A DNA stretch of 64,000 nt from Opitutaceae bacterium (GCA_035549635.1 DASZQN010000045.1:9286-73285); one strand, 5' to 3'. Shown: positions 1 to 9,168, counted from the stretch's first letter. Program-made: numbers and translations. The notes: a model not told the origin generated them from the letters alone.

Positions 1-1100
1 CGGGGCACCACCCCATCGCGGTCGCCGGCGGAGCGACCGGCATGATCGGCGATCCCTCGGGCAAATCCGCCGAGAGAAACCTCCTGAGCCCGGAGCAGCT
101 CCGGCACAACATCGCCGCCATCAGCGCGCAGCTCGGCCAGCTGCTCGACTTCAAGGCCGCTGCGAATCCCGCGCGCCTGCTGAACAACGCCGACTGGACC
201 GCCCCGCTCAGCTACCTGGATTTCCTGCGCGACGTCGGAAAATATTTCTCGCTCAACGTCATGCTCGCGAAGGATTCGGTGAAGAGCCGGATGGAAGGCG
301 ACGCCGGCATCAGCTACACCGAGTTCAGTTACCAGCTGCTCCAGGCCTTCGATTTCTGTCACCTGCGCGAGGCCTGCCGGTGCGAACTGCAGATCGGCGG
401 CTCCGACCAGTGGGGCAACATCACCGCCGGCACCGATTTCATCCGGAAGAAGCTGGGCGTGCCGGCCTGGGGCTGGACGTTCCCGCTCATCACCAAGGCC
501 GACGGAACGAAGTTCGGAAAGACCGAGGGCGGCGCCGTCTGGCTCGATCCGAAGAAGACCAGCCCGTACCGCTTCTACCAGTTCTTCGTGAACACCGAGG
601 ATGCGAAGGTCTCCGAATATCTCCGGAAGTTCACCTTCCTGGGACGGCCGGAGATCGAGACCCTCGAGTCGGCCCACGCCGCCAATCCCGGCGCCCGCGA
701 GGCGCACAAGGCCCTCGCCCGCGAGGTGACGCGGCTCGTCCACGGCCAGGCCGCACTCGACGCGGCCCTCAAGGCCAGCGAGATCCTTTTCGGCGGACCG
801 CTCGAGGGCGTCACCGAGACGATTTTCCAGGACGTCGTCGGTGAGATTCCCACCAAGGATATCGAATCCGCCAAGCTCGCCGGCGCCGGCCTCCCGATCA
901 CCGACCTCCTTGTGCACAGCGGCCTCTGCCCCTCGAAGGGCCAGGCCCGCAAGGACCTCGAGGGCGGCGGCATCTACCTGAACAACGTGCGCGTGTCCGA
1001 GTCAGCTCGCGCCGTCACCGCGGCCGACCTGCTTTTCGGCCAATATCTCCTGCTGCGGAAGGGCAAGAGGACCTATGCCGTGGTACGGACGGGAAAGTAA
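1..1100 (+). CDS. tyrS: Tyrosine--tRNA ligase, 5' end truncated by window edge
   Basis: The frame of ORF 42..1100 is open to the window start. It has the class I TyrRS KMSKS-equivalent KFGKT (TKFGKTEGG) and a C-terminal S4-like domain (SKGQARKDLEGGGIYLNNVRV). The HIGH region must lie upstream of the window. Confidence 0.9.
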   Translation, partial: GHHPIAVAGGATGMIGDPSGKSAERNLLSPEQLRHNIAAISAQLGQLLDFKAAANPARLLNNADWTAPLSYLDFLRDVGKYFSLNVMLAKDSVKSRMEGDAGISYTEFSYQLLQAFDFCHLREACRCELQIGGSDQWGNITAGTDFIRKKLGVPAWGWTFPLITKADGTKFGKTEGGAVWLDPKKTSPYRFYQFFVNTEDAKVSEYLRKFTFLGRPEIETLESAHAANPGAREAHKALAREVTRLVHGQAALDAALKASEILFGGPLEGVTETIFQDVVGEIPTKDIESAKLAGAGLPITDLLVHSGLCPSKGQARKDLEGGGIYLNNVRVSESARAVTAADLLFGQYLLLRKGKRTYAVVRTGK

Positions 1101-1218
1101 CAAGTAACAGGGACCGAGTGCCAAGGGCGCTGGCCAACATTCGAATGCCAGATGCCAAGCCTGATTGTGTGGCCCTCTCCTTGATACTTGGTCCCTGGCA
1201 CCTGGACCTTCCCTCCCG
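1101..1218. repeat. Intergenic repeat element, copy A (family shared with 4630-4756)
   Basis: It fills the tyrS / HExxH-gene convergent spacer. The left end is GTAACAAGTAACAGGGACCGAGTGCCAAGG. The right end is ACTTGGTCCCTGGCACCTGGACCTTCCCTCCC. Both are closely mirrored in copy B. Confidence 0.5.
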
Positions 1219-1989
1219 TTAGGGCTGAATCGCGCGCGCCCAAAAGCCCGCGTCCAGCTGCGGGCAGAATTTCGCCAGCCTCGCCTTCATCAGCTCGACC
1301 TTGAGCGTCAGCACGCCGTCGCGCTTGATGAAATCGCGCGCCTGGAGGTCGTTGAACATGAGGTTGGAAAAGAGTTCGGCCTTCTCCTCGCGGGAATCCG
1401 CCAGCGAATAGCGCGTGAGAAACCCCGGCGCGGGATGCGTGACGTCCGAGGACGGCCCGTGGCCGGCCGCGTTCGCCGCCGCCGGGTTGTAGGTCGTGCC
1501 CGGCGGATTCAACGCCTCCCACTCGGTGTCGCGCTCGAAGCCGAACGATGCGAAGTCGATGATGTGAAAAAACTCGTGGTGCATCAGCTTCCGCCGAAAG
1601 CGCTCGGAGAAAACGCCGCTGCGGACGTTCAGGTAGATCGTCTCGCTGTCCGAGACCGCGATGCCGCTGCGGCGGGCGCCGTCGCGCAGCAGGTCGCTGC
1701 AGAAGACGATCCGCTTGAGTCCCGAGAGCTTGAGCAGCTCGGGCGGATATTTCCCGAATTCCTTGCGGAACATGTAGAGGAAAAGGTCGATGTCGTTCGC
1801 CCCTGCATTCGTCCCGTCGATCCGGCCGTAGGCAGTGTCCACCGGGAAGGATTCGCCGCCCGCCAGCAGCTCGATGCCGGCCTTGTCCGCGTACTCCTTC
1901 TTCACCTGCTCGAAGAGCACGCTGCCGCGGGCCGCCGCCAGCATGAGCGTCCAGGCCAGGACCGCCGCCGTGATGCGAAGCGCCTTCAT
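1219..1989 (-). CDS. Secreted hypothetical protein with HExxH motif (possible zincin-like metalloprotein)
   Basis: 256-aa ORF with a signal-like N-terminus (MKALRITAAVLAWTLMLAAARG) and HExxH inside MHHEFFHIID. It starts 7 bp after the opcA stop on the same strand. High GC3 is consistent with coding. The family was not recognised with confidence. Confidence 0.6.
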   Translation of the reverse strand: MKALRITAAVLAWTLMLAAARGSVLFEQVKKEYADKAGIELLAGGESFPVDTAYGRIDGTNAGANDIDLFLYMFRKEFGKYPPELLKLSGLKRIVFCSDLLRDGARRSGIAVSDSETIYLNVRSGVFSERFRRKLMHHEFFHIIDFASFGFERDTEWEALNPPGTTYNPAAANAAGHGPSSDVTHPAPGFLTRYSLADSREEKAELFSNLMFNDLQARDFIKRDGVLTLKVELMKARLAKFCPQLDAGFWARAIQP

Positions 1990-1996
1990 CGGCCGG

Positions 1997-2995
1997 TCAG
2001 AAAAACATCGCCTCGCTCAGCGCCAGTTCCGGCGGAAGCAGGCTCGCGGCGGCGGACAACTTCGTGCAACCTGACTTCAGATCCGCCTCGAAGGTTGCCT
2101 GCTTCGCCGCGAGATTGCCGTTCCAGCGGAAAAACTTTCCCGCGTCGGCATAGTCGAACGTGATCGCGAGCCGTCCGTCGGGTCCGCCCGCGGGCAACGA
2201 CTGAAGCGCGAACGGCGTCCCGGCTTCGTCCGCGCCGCACTCGCCGAGGCGCCGCTGGAGCCACGCGAGCGTCACCCGCCCCTCGGCCGCGAGCGCCGCG
2301 GTGTGCGCCACCGTCACGCACTTCAGGCTCCCCACCAGGGCGTCCGGCGCGTACCCCGAGAGAAACTGGCCGACGGTCTGGCGCACCGGCAGCAGCCGCG
2401 AATAGACCAGGTCGCGCAACGCCTTCGGGTTCGGCCACGGATAAGTGAACGTGTCCGCCGGGGCGATGGCGCTGTCGATCATGACCCGCTTCGCGCGGCT
2501 GAGGAGATAGTGGTAGTCGGCCAGCCGGGCGCTGGCGGAAAAGCGGTGCGCCCAGTAGTAGAGCGGCAGGTCGGTCGAGAGACAGGTCGAGACCTGGCTC
2601 TCCAGGAATTTCCGCGCCGCCTGCGGATAGCTGAGCATCACGAATTCCACGCAGCGCTTGTCGCTTTTCGATTTTCCCAGGTGGCACTCCGCGTAGATCT
2701 TCGCGCGCATGTCGACGGCGCCGGACGGCGCGTCGGCCTGCGGGCAAAGCACCACGATCCGGCTCGGATAGCGCTTGGAGAACCCGACCACCGTGCGGAA
2801 CTGCGCCGCGGCGTCCTCCGCGGTGGTGTGGAGCCCGAGGTGCAGCACGAAGTTGACCTGGGTCGCCTTCGCGTCGTCGGGCTCGATCGCCGCGCCGCCG
2901 CTCTTCGCGGTGTCGGCCCACATCGCGGCGAAGCTCTTGGAGATTTCCGCGACCGGCACTTCCGTGCCGGGCAGCGCGTCGAAGATCGAGGGCAT
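1997..2995 (-). CDS. opcA: Glucose-6-phosphate dehydrogenase assembly protein OpcA-like
   Basis: I chose the internal Met (MPSIFDALPG..., ATG at 2995-2993) because the longer ORF would overlap the zwf 3' end. It lies 40 bp downstream of zwf. The N-terminal pattern (EISKSFAAMW...ATQVNFVLHLG) resembles OpcA proteins. Confidence 0.7.
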   Translation of the reverse strand: MPSIFDALPGTEVPVAEISKSFAAMWADTAKSGGAAIEPDDAKATQVNFVLHLGLHTTAEDAAAQFRTVVGFSKRYPSRIVVLCPQADAPSGAVDMRAKIYAECHLGKSKSDKRCVEFVMLSYPQAARKFLESQVSTCLSTDLPLYYWAHRFSASARLADYHYLLSRAKRVMIDSAIAPADTFTYPWPNPKALRDLVYSRLLPVRQTVGQFLSGYAPDALVGSLKCVTVAHTAALAAEGRVTLAWLQRRLGECGADEAGTPFALQSLPAGGPDGRLAITFDYADAGKFFRWNGNLAAKQATFEADLKSGCTKLSAAASLLPPELALSEAMFF

Positions 2996-3035
2996 CGTGA
3001 AGGAAAGGGAAAGGAGGGCCGTCCGCCCGGACGCT

Positions 3036-4574
3036 TCAGGGCCGCCGCCAGGCATGGCCGCTCGCCGCGAGCAGCTGGTCCGCGCCATCCGGGCCCCAGG
3101 AGCCCGCCGCATAGCTCTCCATCCCGTCGCGGCCGGCCGCGGACCAGGCCTCGAGCAGCGGGGTGTAGAGCCGCCAGGAGGCGAGCGCCTCGTCGCCGCG
3201 GATGAAGAGCGTGCCGTCGCCGATCATCGCGTCCAGCACCAGCCGCTCGTAGGCCTCCGGCGTGTTGGAGCCGAAGGTCGTGGCATAGCGGAAATTCATC
3301 TTTACCGGCTGCGTGCGCGTCTCCAGGCCCGGCACCTTGGTGTTGAGGATGAGGCTCAGCCCCTCGTCGGGCTGGATCTGGAACGAGAGCGTGTTCGTCG
3401 CCAGCTGGAATTTCTCGCCCTCGGCGAACAGCGTGCCGGGCGGGCGCTTGAAGTTGACGGCGATCTCCGAGACGCGGCGGGCCATCCGCTTGCCCGAGCG
3501 CAGGTAGAACGGCACGCCCTGCCAGCGCCAGTTGTTGATCGAGAGGCGCAGGGCCGCGAAGGTCTCGGTGCGCGACTGCGGGTTGATCCCCTCCTCCTCG
3601 AGGTAGCCCTTGGCCGGCTTGCCGCCGACCATGCCCGCGGCGTACTGCGCGCGGACGGCGTCGCCGCCCGGCCCGAGCGCCAGCGGCTGGATCGCCTTGA
3701 GCAGCTTCACCTTCTCGTCCCGCATCGACTCGGCGTCGAGCGCGCCGGGCGGCTCCATCGCCGTCAGCGCGACGAGCTGCATCGTGTGGTTCTGGATCAT
3801 GTCGCGCAGCGCGCCGCTCTGCTCGTAGTAGCCGCCGCGCGTGCCGACCCCGACCTCCTCGGCGACGGTGATCTGCACGCTGTCGATGAAGTTCCGGTTC
3901 CACAGCGGCTCGAAGATGGCGTTGGCGAAGCGCTGCACGAGCAGGTCCTGCACGGTCTCCTTGCCGAGATAGTGGTCGATGCGGAAGACCTGGTGCTCCT
4001 CGAACACGCCGCGGATCGTCTCGTTGAGGTGCTCGGCCGACTTCAAATCGCGGCCGAAGGGTTTCTCGATGATGACCTTTGAATGCTGCGGCGCCCCGAG
4101 GTGCTTGCCGGCCAGGCCGCTCGCGCCGAGGTTCTTCAGGATCGGCTCGAAGACCGTCGGCGGGGTCGAGATGTAGAACAGCCGCTGGAGGTCGCGGCCG
4201 AGCTTCTGCTCGATCTCGTCGACATGCTTCGCCAGGCGGTCGAACGCCTCCCTGTCGTCGTAGCCGCCGGCGACGTAGCTCGTGTTCGCGGCGATGCGGT
4301 TCCAGTTCTCGTCCTTCAGCTCGCGCCGGGAGAACTCCTTGATCGCGTCGGCCGACAGCTGGCGGAATTTCTCGTCGGGAATCGCGGTCCGGCCGTAGCC
4401 CACGAGATAGAAATCCGACGGCAGGAGGTTGTCCACGCTCAGGTTGTAGACGGCCGGGATGAGCTTGCGCGCCGTCAGGTCGCCCGAGGCGCCGAAGATC
4501 ACGACGACCGTCGGCGGTGCGCCGCGATGCTTGCTGAGTCCGTGCAGGAAAGGATGACGCTGGGAGTCGGCCAT
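3036..4574 (-). CDS. zwf: Glucose-6-phosphate 1-dehydrogenase
   Basis: 512 aa with the NADP-binding motif IFGASGDLTARKL and the catalytic signature RIDHYLGKE. Similarity to Zwf looks full length. Confidence 0.95.
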   Translation of the reverse strand: MADSQRHPFLHGLSKHRGAPPTVVVIFGASGDLTARKLIPAVYNLSVDNLLPSDFYLVGYGRTAIPDEKFRQLSADAIKEFSRRELKDENWNRIAANTSYVAGGYDDREAFDRLAKHVDEIEQKLGRDLQRLFYISTPPTVFEPILKNLGASGLAGKHLGAPQHSKVIIEKPFGRDLKSAEHLNETIRGVFEEHQVFRIDHYLGKETVQDLLVQRFANAIFEPLWNRNFIDSVQITVAEEVGVGTRGGYYEQSGALRDMIQNHTMQLVALTAMEPPGALDAESMRDEKVKLLKAIQPLALGPGGDAVRAQYAAGMVGGKPAKGYLEEEGINPQSRTETFAALRLSINNWRWQGVPFYLRSGKRMARRVSEIAVNFKRPPGTLFAEGEKFQLATNTLSFQIQPDEGLSLILNTKVPGLETRTQPVKMNFRYATTFGSNTPEAYERLVLDAMIGDGTLFIRGDEALASWRLYTPLLEAWSAAGRDGMESYAAGSWGPDGADQLLAASGHAWRRP

Positions 4575-4598
4575 GACGGGCGCACAGACTCAGGCCCT

Positions 4599-4628
4599 CG
4601 CCCACTTGGCTCAAGAGCCAAGTGGGCG
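4599..4628. repeat. Perfect 14-bp-arm palindrome CGCCCACTTGGCTC-AA-GAGCCAAGTGGGCG
   Basis: The arms are exact reverse complements. It lies 25 bp upstream of the zwf start codon and downstream of yraN. No T-tract is present on either strand. Confidence 0.8.
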
Positions 4629-4629
4629 C

Positions 4630-4756
4630 GAAGTGACAAGTAGCAAGGAACCCGTGCCAGGAGACAGCCCCGCTACTTACCGCCGTCCGCTTGGACCTGG
4701 GCTCTTGAAGGCTTCCTCCTGGAACTTGGCCCTTGTCCCCTGGACCTTTTCCCCCA
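4630..4756. repeat. Intergenic repeat element, copy B
   Basis: The left end GTGACAAGTAGCAAGGAACCCGTGCCAGGAG and the right end ACTTGGCCCTTGTCCCCTGGACCTTTTCCCCC align with copy A with a few substitutions or indels. It lies between the yraN stop and the zwf start. Confidence 0.5.
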
Positions 4757-5188
4757 TCAGGGGCGCCCCCTCGGCGGAAGCAGCGGGATGTTCTCGAAAT
4801 GGCGGACCTCCGGGACGGCGGTGGAACCCGCGGCCGGCAGCGCGACCTCGACGATGTCGAATCGCACCGTGACCGGCTTGACGCGCAGGCCGGCGAGATA
4901 GGCCTCGATCGCCCGCCGCATCACGGCCCGCTTGCGGGCGTCGACCGCGTGGTAACCCGACACGAGGGCGCCGGCCGCGCGGGCCTTGACCTCGACGAAC
5001 ACCAGCACCTCGCCGTCGCGCGCGACGAGATCGATTTCGTTCCGGCGGTCCCGCGGGCTGCGCCAGTTCCGCGCGACGATGCGGAAGGCCCGCTCGCGCC
5101 GCAGCCAGTCGGCGGCCAGCCGTTCTCCGCGCTCGCCCGGACCCGCCCGCTTGAAAATCCGGAGCCACCGGTCAAAAAGGCCGCTCAT
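4757..5188 (-). CDS. yraN: YraN family (UPF0102) endonuclease-like protein
   Basis: Internal start MSGLFDRW (ATG at 5188-5186). The core [50 protein letters not shown] matches the conserved YraN/UPF0102 pattern. The longer ORF to 5407 would overlap the divergent gspE-like gene. Confidence 0.8.
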   Translation of the reverse strand: MSGLFDRWLRIFKRAGPGERGERLAADWLRRERAFRIVARNWRSPRDRRNEIDLVARDGEVLVFVEVKARAAGALVSGYHAVDARKRAVMRRAIEAYLAGLRVKPVTVRFDIVEVALPAAGSTAVPEVRHFENIPLLPPRGRP

Positions 5189-5195
5189 CGCTGCG

Positions 5196-5233
5196 GAATT
5201 GTCATTGCCGACGGCTGCGCACGCTGACAATTC
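5196..5233. promoter_or_regulatory. 9-bp perfect inverted repeat (GAATTGTCA N20 TGACAATTC) in the 73-bp divergent yraN / GAF-GspE intergenic region; candidate operator
   Basis: GAATTGTCA at 5196-5204 and TGACAATTC at 5225-5233 are exact reverse complements. The tandem TTCAAG A TTCAAG (5231-5243) follows. Confidence 0.3.
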
Positions 5234-5261
5234 AAGATTCAAGTTTTCGCGCCCATCCCCA

Positions 5262-7442
5262 ATGGCTTCCGCCAACATCGCCAACACCCTCCGCCGCTCG
5301 CTCCTGATCAAGCTGATCTCGAAGCCGGCGCCCAGCCGGGAGGACGTCAACTCCGTGATCGAACTGACAGCTTCGAAGGTGGTCGAGGCCCTCCAGGCGC
5401 AGTCCATGACCCTCTATCTCATCGAGGGGAATGACATCACCTTCAAACACGTCTACTATTCCCCCACGCTGTGGGCGAAGGACCCGCCGCTGGAAAAGAA
5501 GCTGCAGGAGACCGCGGCGAAGCTGCTCACGCTCAAGCTCCCCCTCGGCACCGGCGTCGTCGGCAAGGTGATCGCGAGCGGCGAGGCGGTGTTTTTCCAG
5601 AACACCGACAGCCAGGCTCCGTTCATGTCCACGATGGCCAAGACCACCGGCTTCGAAGTGCGCTCGATGCTCACGGTGCCGCTCAAGGCCGCGACCACCA
5701 TCGGCGCGATCCAGGTGCTCAACAAGGAGGCGGCCGCCGGCACCAACGGCGAGTTCGTCGACAAGGACCTCACGCTGCTGCAGGAGGTCGCCGAGTACTC
5801 CTCCACCCTGATGCAGCGCATGCTGGACCCGAAGTTCCAGCTCAGCGCCGAGGACACCGCGAAGTTCGTCTCCAAGCTCACCGACCTCCCGCTCGTCACC
5901 AAGGTCGAGGAGGTCGAGTGCGACGAAAAGCTGATCGAGGCGGTCGGCGAGGCCATCATCCGCCGCGAGGGCATCTTCCCCTACAAGAAACTCGAGGGCA
6001 ACGCGGTCGCCGTCCTCATGGCCAACCCGCTCGACTACGCCAAGCGCGAGTCGTTCCAGCAGGCCACGGACTACGCGATCGACGACGTGCATGTCGCGCC
6101 CGCCACGCTCATCGAGCAGCTGGTGAAGAAGTTCTTCAAGGACACGAAGGGCGCGAACAGCGAGGTCGACATCGGCGCGGTCGCCGAGGTCATCAGCACC
6201 GCCTACAGCGCGGACCCCGCCGGCGCCGCCGTCTCGGCTGCGGATCTCGAGAGCGAGGACTCTGCGCCGATCGTACAGCTGGCGAACCGCATCATCGAGG
6301 ACGCCTACATCTCGGGCGCGTCCGACATCCACATCGAGCCGATGGAGAAGGACCTCCTCGTCCGGTACCGCATCGACGGTCTGTGCCAGGAAAAGCTCCG
6401 CCTGCCGAAGCAGGTCAGCAACTCGCTTTCCACCCGCCTGAAGATCATGTGCAACCTGGACATCTCCGAGCGCCGGTTGCCGCAGGACGGACGCATCGTG
6501 TTCAAGAAGTACACGAAGAAGAACATGGACATCGACCTGCGCGTCGCGACGGGCCCGATGAACCACGGCGAGAAGATCGTCATGCGTATCCTGGACAAGA
6601 CCAAGAGCACGCTGCCGCTTCCCGCGCTGGGCTTTTCCGACGAAAATCTCGCAAAGTACCGTGAGTGCATCCGCCAGCCCTACGGCATGATCCTGCACTG
6701 CGGGCCGACCGGCTCGGGCAAGTCGATGACGCTCTACTCGGCGCTCGGCGAGGTGAACACGCCCGACGTCAACATCCAGACCGCCGAGGACCCGATCGAA
6801 TACACGCTCGCCGGCATCAACCAGATGCAGATGAGCCGGCAGATCGGCCTGACCTTCGAGCGCGCGCTGCGCTGTTACCTGCGTATGGATCCCGACATCA
6901 TCCTCGTCGGTGAGATCCGCGACAAGGAGACCGCCGGCATCGCCGTCGAGGCCGCTCTCACCGGCCACTTGCTCGTGTCCACGCTCCACACCAACGACGC
7001 GCCGTCGACCGTCGCCCGTATCGGCGAGATGGGCGTGGAGCCGTTCAACATCTCCGCCTCGCTGGTCTGCGTCTGCGCCCAGCGTCTCCTGCGCCGCGTC
7101 TGCAAGAGCTGCAAGCAGCCGCACGAGCCCCAGGGCCGGGAAAAGGAGCTGATTGAAAAGGCGATCGGCTGGAGCGGCCAGATCTTCAAGGCCAACCCGC
7201 AGGGTTGTCCGACCTGCAACGGCACCGGCTACAAGGGCCGCGTCGGCATCCATGAGCTGATGACCAACAGCGAGGAGCTCGTCGAGGGCATCAACAAGGA
7301 GGCCGAGGTCGCCGTGCTCAAGCGCATCGCGATGAAGAACGGCATGAAGACGCTCCACCAGGACAGCATCCTGAAGGTGAAGATGGGGCTCACGACGGTC
7401 GAGGAAGCGCTGTCGAACGTCCCGCCGGACCTGATTACCTGA
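5262..7442 (+). CDS. GspE/PilB-family secretion/pilus ATPase with N-terminal GAF-like domain
   Basis: Start at [10 protein letters not shown] (ATG 5262). The upstream part of ORF 4986.. is R/S-rich and overlaps yraN. It has Walker A GPTGSGKS, Walker [13 protein letters not shown], His box [12 protein letters not shown] and a tetracysteine CKSCK...CPTCNGTG. The N-terminal ~170 aa are GAF-like ([13 protein letters not shown]...RSMLTVPLK...IGAIQVLNK), followed by a T2SSE_N/MshEN-like segment. Confidence 0.9.
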   Translation: MASANIANTLRRSLLIKLISKPAPSREDVNSVIELTASKVVEALQAQSMTLYLIEGNDITFKHVYYSPTLWAKDPPLEKKLQETAAKLLTLKLPLGTGVVGKVIASGEAVFFQNTDSQAPFMSTMAKTTGFEVRSMLTVPLKAATTIGAIQVLNKEAAAGTNGEFVDKDLTLLQEVAEYSSTLMQRMLDPKFQLSAEDTAKFVSKLTDLPLVTKVEEVECDEKLIEAVGEAIIRREGIFPYKKLEGNAVAVLMANPLDYAKRESFQQATDYAIDDVHVAPATLIEQLVKKFFKDTKGANSEVDIGAVAEVISTAYSADPAGAAVSAADLESEDSAPIVQLANRIIEDAYISGASDIHIEPMEKDLLVRYRIDGLCQEKLRLPKQVSNSLSTRLKIMCNLDISERRLPQDGRIVFKKYTKKNMDIDLRVATGPMNHGEKIVMRILDKTKSTLPLPALGFSDENLAKYRECIRQPYGMILHCGPTGSGKSMTLYSALGEVNTPDVNIQTAEDPIEYTLAGINQMQMSRQIGLTFERALRCYLRMDPDIILVGEIRDKETAGIAVEAALTGHLLVSTLHTNDAPSTVARIGEMGVEPFNISASLVCVCAQRLLRRVCKSCKQPHEPQGREKELIEKAIGWSGQIFKANPQGCPTCNGTGYKGRVGIHELMTNSEELVEGINKEAEVAVLKRIAMKNGMKTLHQDSILKVKMGLTTVEEALSNVPPDLIT

Positions 7443-7476
7443 GCGGACGCCGCCCGCCGTTGGCCGGGCCGATCCC

Positions 7477-9165
7477 ATGCTGAGCTTCGTGCTGCCCGTC
7501 GGATTCGCCGCGGCGCTGCTCAGCCTCGCCTGTTGGGGCCTTGGCTCTCGCCTGGTCGCCTCGCGGGAGCCGCTCGTCGCCATGCTTGGCGGCTGGTGCC
7601 TGTTTCTCGTCCTGTGCGCGGGAGCCTGGCTGGCCGGCGTGCCGGCCGACCGCCTGCGGCCGTGTTTCTGGATTTTCTTCCTCGCCGGCCTGGTCGCGAT
7701 GTTTCTCGACCGGCGAGGGCGCGAGGCCGGCGTGGGGCTCGTCTGCACCGCGATCGTCACCGCCCTCCTCTGCGCGCCGTTCTGGCTGTATCCCCGCGTG
7801 CTGGCGTACGGCGCGCACGGGACCGACATGTGGGGCTACGTGAACGCCGCCGAGTGGCTGACCGGCCATTCCATCAGGGACCTCCCGGTGCCCGGCGTCG
7901 AGTCGATGCGTTTCAACTGGATCGCGCACGTGCTCGGCACCCAGGAGCGCCCGTTGAACTTCGAGCTGCTCGCCGGCATCGCCTCGGCCTGCGGCCTTAC
8001 TCCGACGCAGGCCTATTTCGTCTGTCCGATCGCCCTGCTCGCCAGCCTCGCGATGACGCTCGCCCGGACCACCGGCCTCTTTCGCCTCGGCCACGGGAGC
8101 CTGGCGGTGGCGACCGCGCTCGCCCTGGTCTTCCATCCCCTCATCGTCCTGCCCTGGATCGCGGGTTTCGCCGGAGGCGCGATCGTCGCCCTTTTTCTCG
8201 GACTGGCCTTCGCCGCGGCCGCCGCGGCGGAAGAGGGCCCCGCCCGCTCGGAGTCCCTGATGCTCGTGTTCCTTGCATTGGTGCTGTGCGCTCCGCTTTA
8301 CAGCATCAAGTTCCTGGCCGTCGCGCCCGTGGCGGTGCTGCTGCCGCTGGGCCAGGCGTGGGCCCGTCACCTCCGGGAGCACGGCCGGCCGGGGCTCCTT
8401 CCGCCGCAGGCGAGCGGGCTGACGCTGGTGGCGCTGGCCGCAGCCCTCTTCTTCGCCGTGGTCTCGTGGCACCGCGTGGCGGACCCCGAGGTCGGCGGCG
8501 CCAATCCCCAGTCTCCGTCCCGGGCCTTCGCCCATTTCCTCGGGCTCTTCGGCGGTTCCAGCCCCTATAGCTGGATCGGATTCCGCGCCTTCGAGCCGAT
8601 CGACGTCGACGCCGGGTCCAACCTGCCCGGCTGCGCCGCGCTCGCCGCGATGACGGCGGCGCTGGCGGCCGCGAGCTGGTCGCGCTGGCGCGCGCATCGC
8701 GACCTCCGCCTGCCGCTGCTCGTCGGCATCTGTCTCGGGTGCCTGTGGATCACGCGGGGTGACGAACGCACCATGGCCAAGGCCATGCCGGTGTTCGGCC
8801 TCGCGCTCCTCCTCCTGCTCGCGGTGGCTTCCCGCGACTGTCGCCCGCGCTGGCTGGGGCTGCTGGCCGGCGTCGTCTGCTGCCTGCCGGCGGTCCGTTC
8901 GCGGACCGAGCTCCACCAGTTCCTGCACGCGCCCTACATCCTCGCCACGGAGGACAACCTCGATGCCCAGGTGGACGCCACCCCCTGGATGAATCTCGCG
9001 TATCTCAATTTCCGGGAGGACCGGAGGGAACTCGACTGGGCGAAGTTTCCCCGGACGTTCCAGGAGCTCACGCATTTTCTTCCGCGCGAGGACCGCGAGC
9101 GCATCGTCGCAAAATACCACCTGCCCGCCCGCTGGGCCGACCCGGAGTTCGCGCCGGCACCCTGA
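7477..9165 (+). CDS. Polytopic inner-membrane protein of unknown function (GT-C-like topology possible)
   Basis: 562 aa with at least 10 hydrophobic segments, then a ~90-aa polar C-terminal domain. It starts 34 bp downstream of the GspE-like ATPase on the same strand. No catalytic motif was recognised. Confidence 0.6.
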   Translation: MLSFVLPVGFAAALLSLACWGLGSRLVASREPLVAMLGGWCLFLVLCAGAWLAGVPADRLRPCFWIFFLAGLVAMFLDRRGREAGVGLVCTAIVTALLCAPFWLYPRVLAYGAHGTDMWGYVNAAEWLTGHSIRDLPVPGVESMRFNWIAHVLGTQERPLNFELLAGIASACGLTPTQAYFVCPIALLASLAMTLARTTGLFRLGHGSLAVATALALVFHPLIVLPWIAGFAGGAIVALFLGLAFAAAAAAEEGPARSESLMLVFLALVLCAPLYSIKFLAVAPVAVLLPLGQAWARHLREHGRPGLLPPQASGLTLVALAAALFFAVVSWHRVADPEVGGANPQSPSRAFAHFLGLFGGSSPYSWIGFRAFEPIDVDAGSNLPGCAALAAMTAALAAASWSRWRAHRDLRLPLLVGICLGCLWITRGDERTMAKAMPVFGLALLLLLAVASRDCRPRWLGLLAGVVCCLPAVRSRTELHQFLHAPYILATEDNLDAQVDATPWMNLAYLNFREDRRELDWAKFPRTFQELTHFLPREDRERIVAKYHLPARWADPEFAPAP

Positions 9166-9168
9166 GAC

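Noticed and set aside
4986-5261. N-terminal 92-aa extension of the GspE-like ORF.
   Set aside because: The extension is R/S-rich low-complexity sequence. It overlaps the yraN coding region on the other strand. An ATG at 5262 begins a GAF-like domain cleanly.
5232-7829. 865-aa ORF antisense to the GspE-like ATPase gene. Similar long antisense or alternate-frame ORFs occur at 2638-4614, 9295-11010, 9323-10867, 40533-43382, 43846-45828, 54493-57261 and 59678-62107.
   Set aside because: Their composition is dominated by R/G/A/P/D/L and they carry no recognisable motifs. Each lies opposite or out of frame to a gene with clear family signatures. Stop-poor alternate frames are expected at this GC content.
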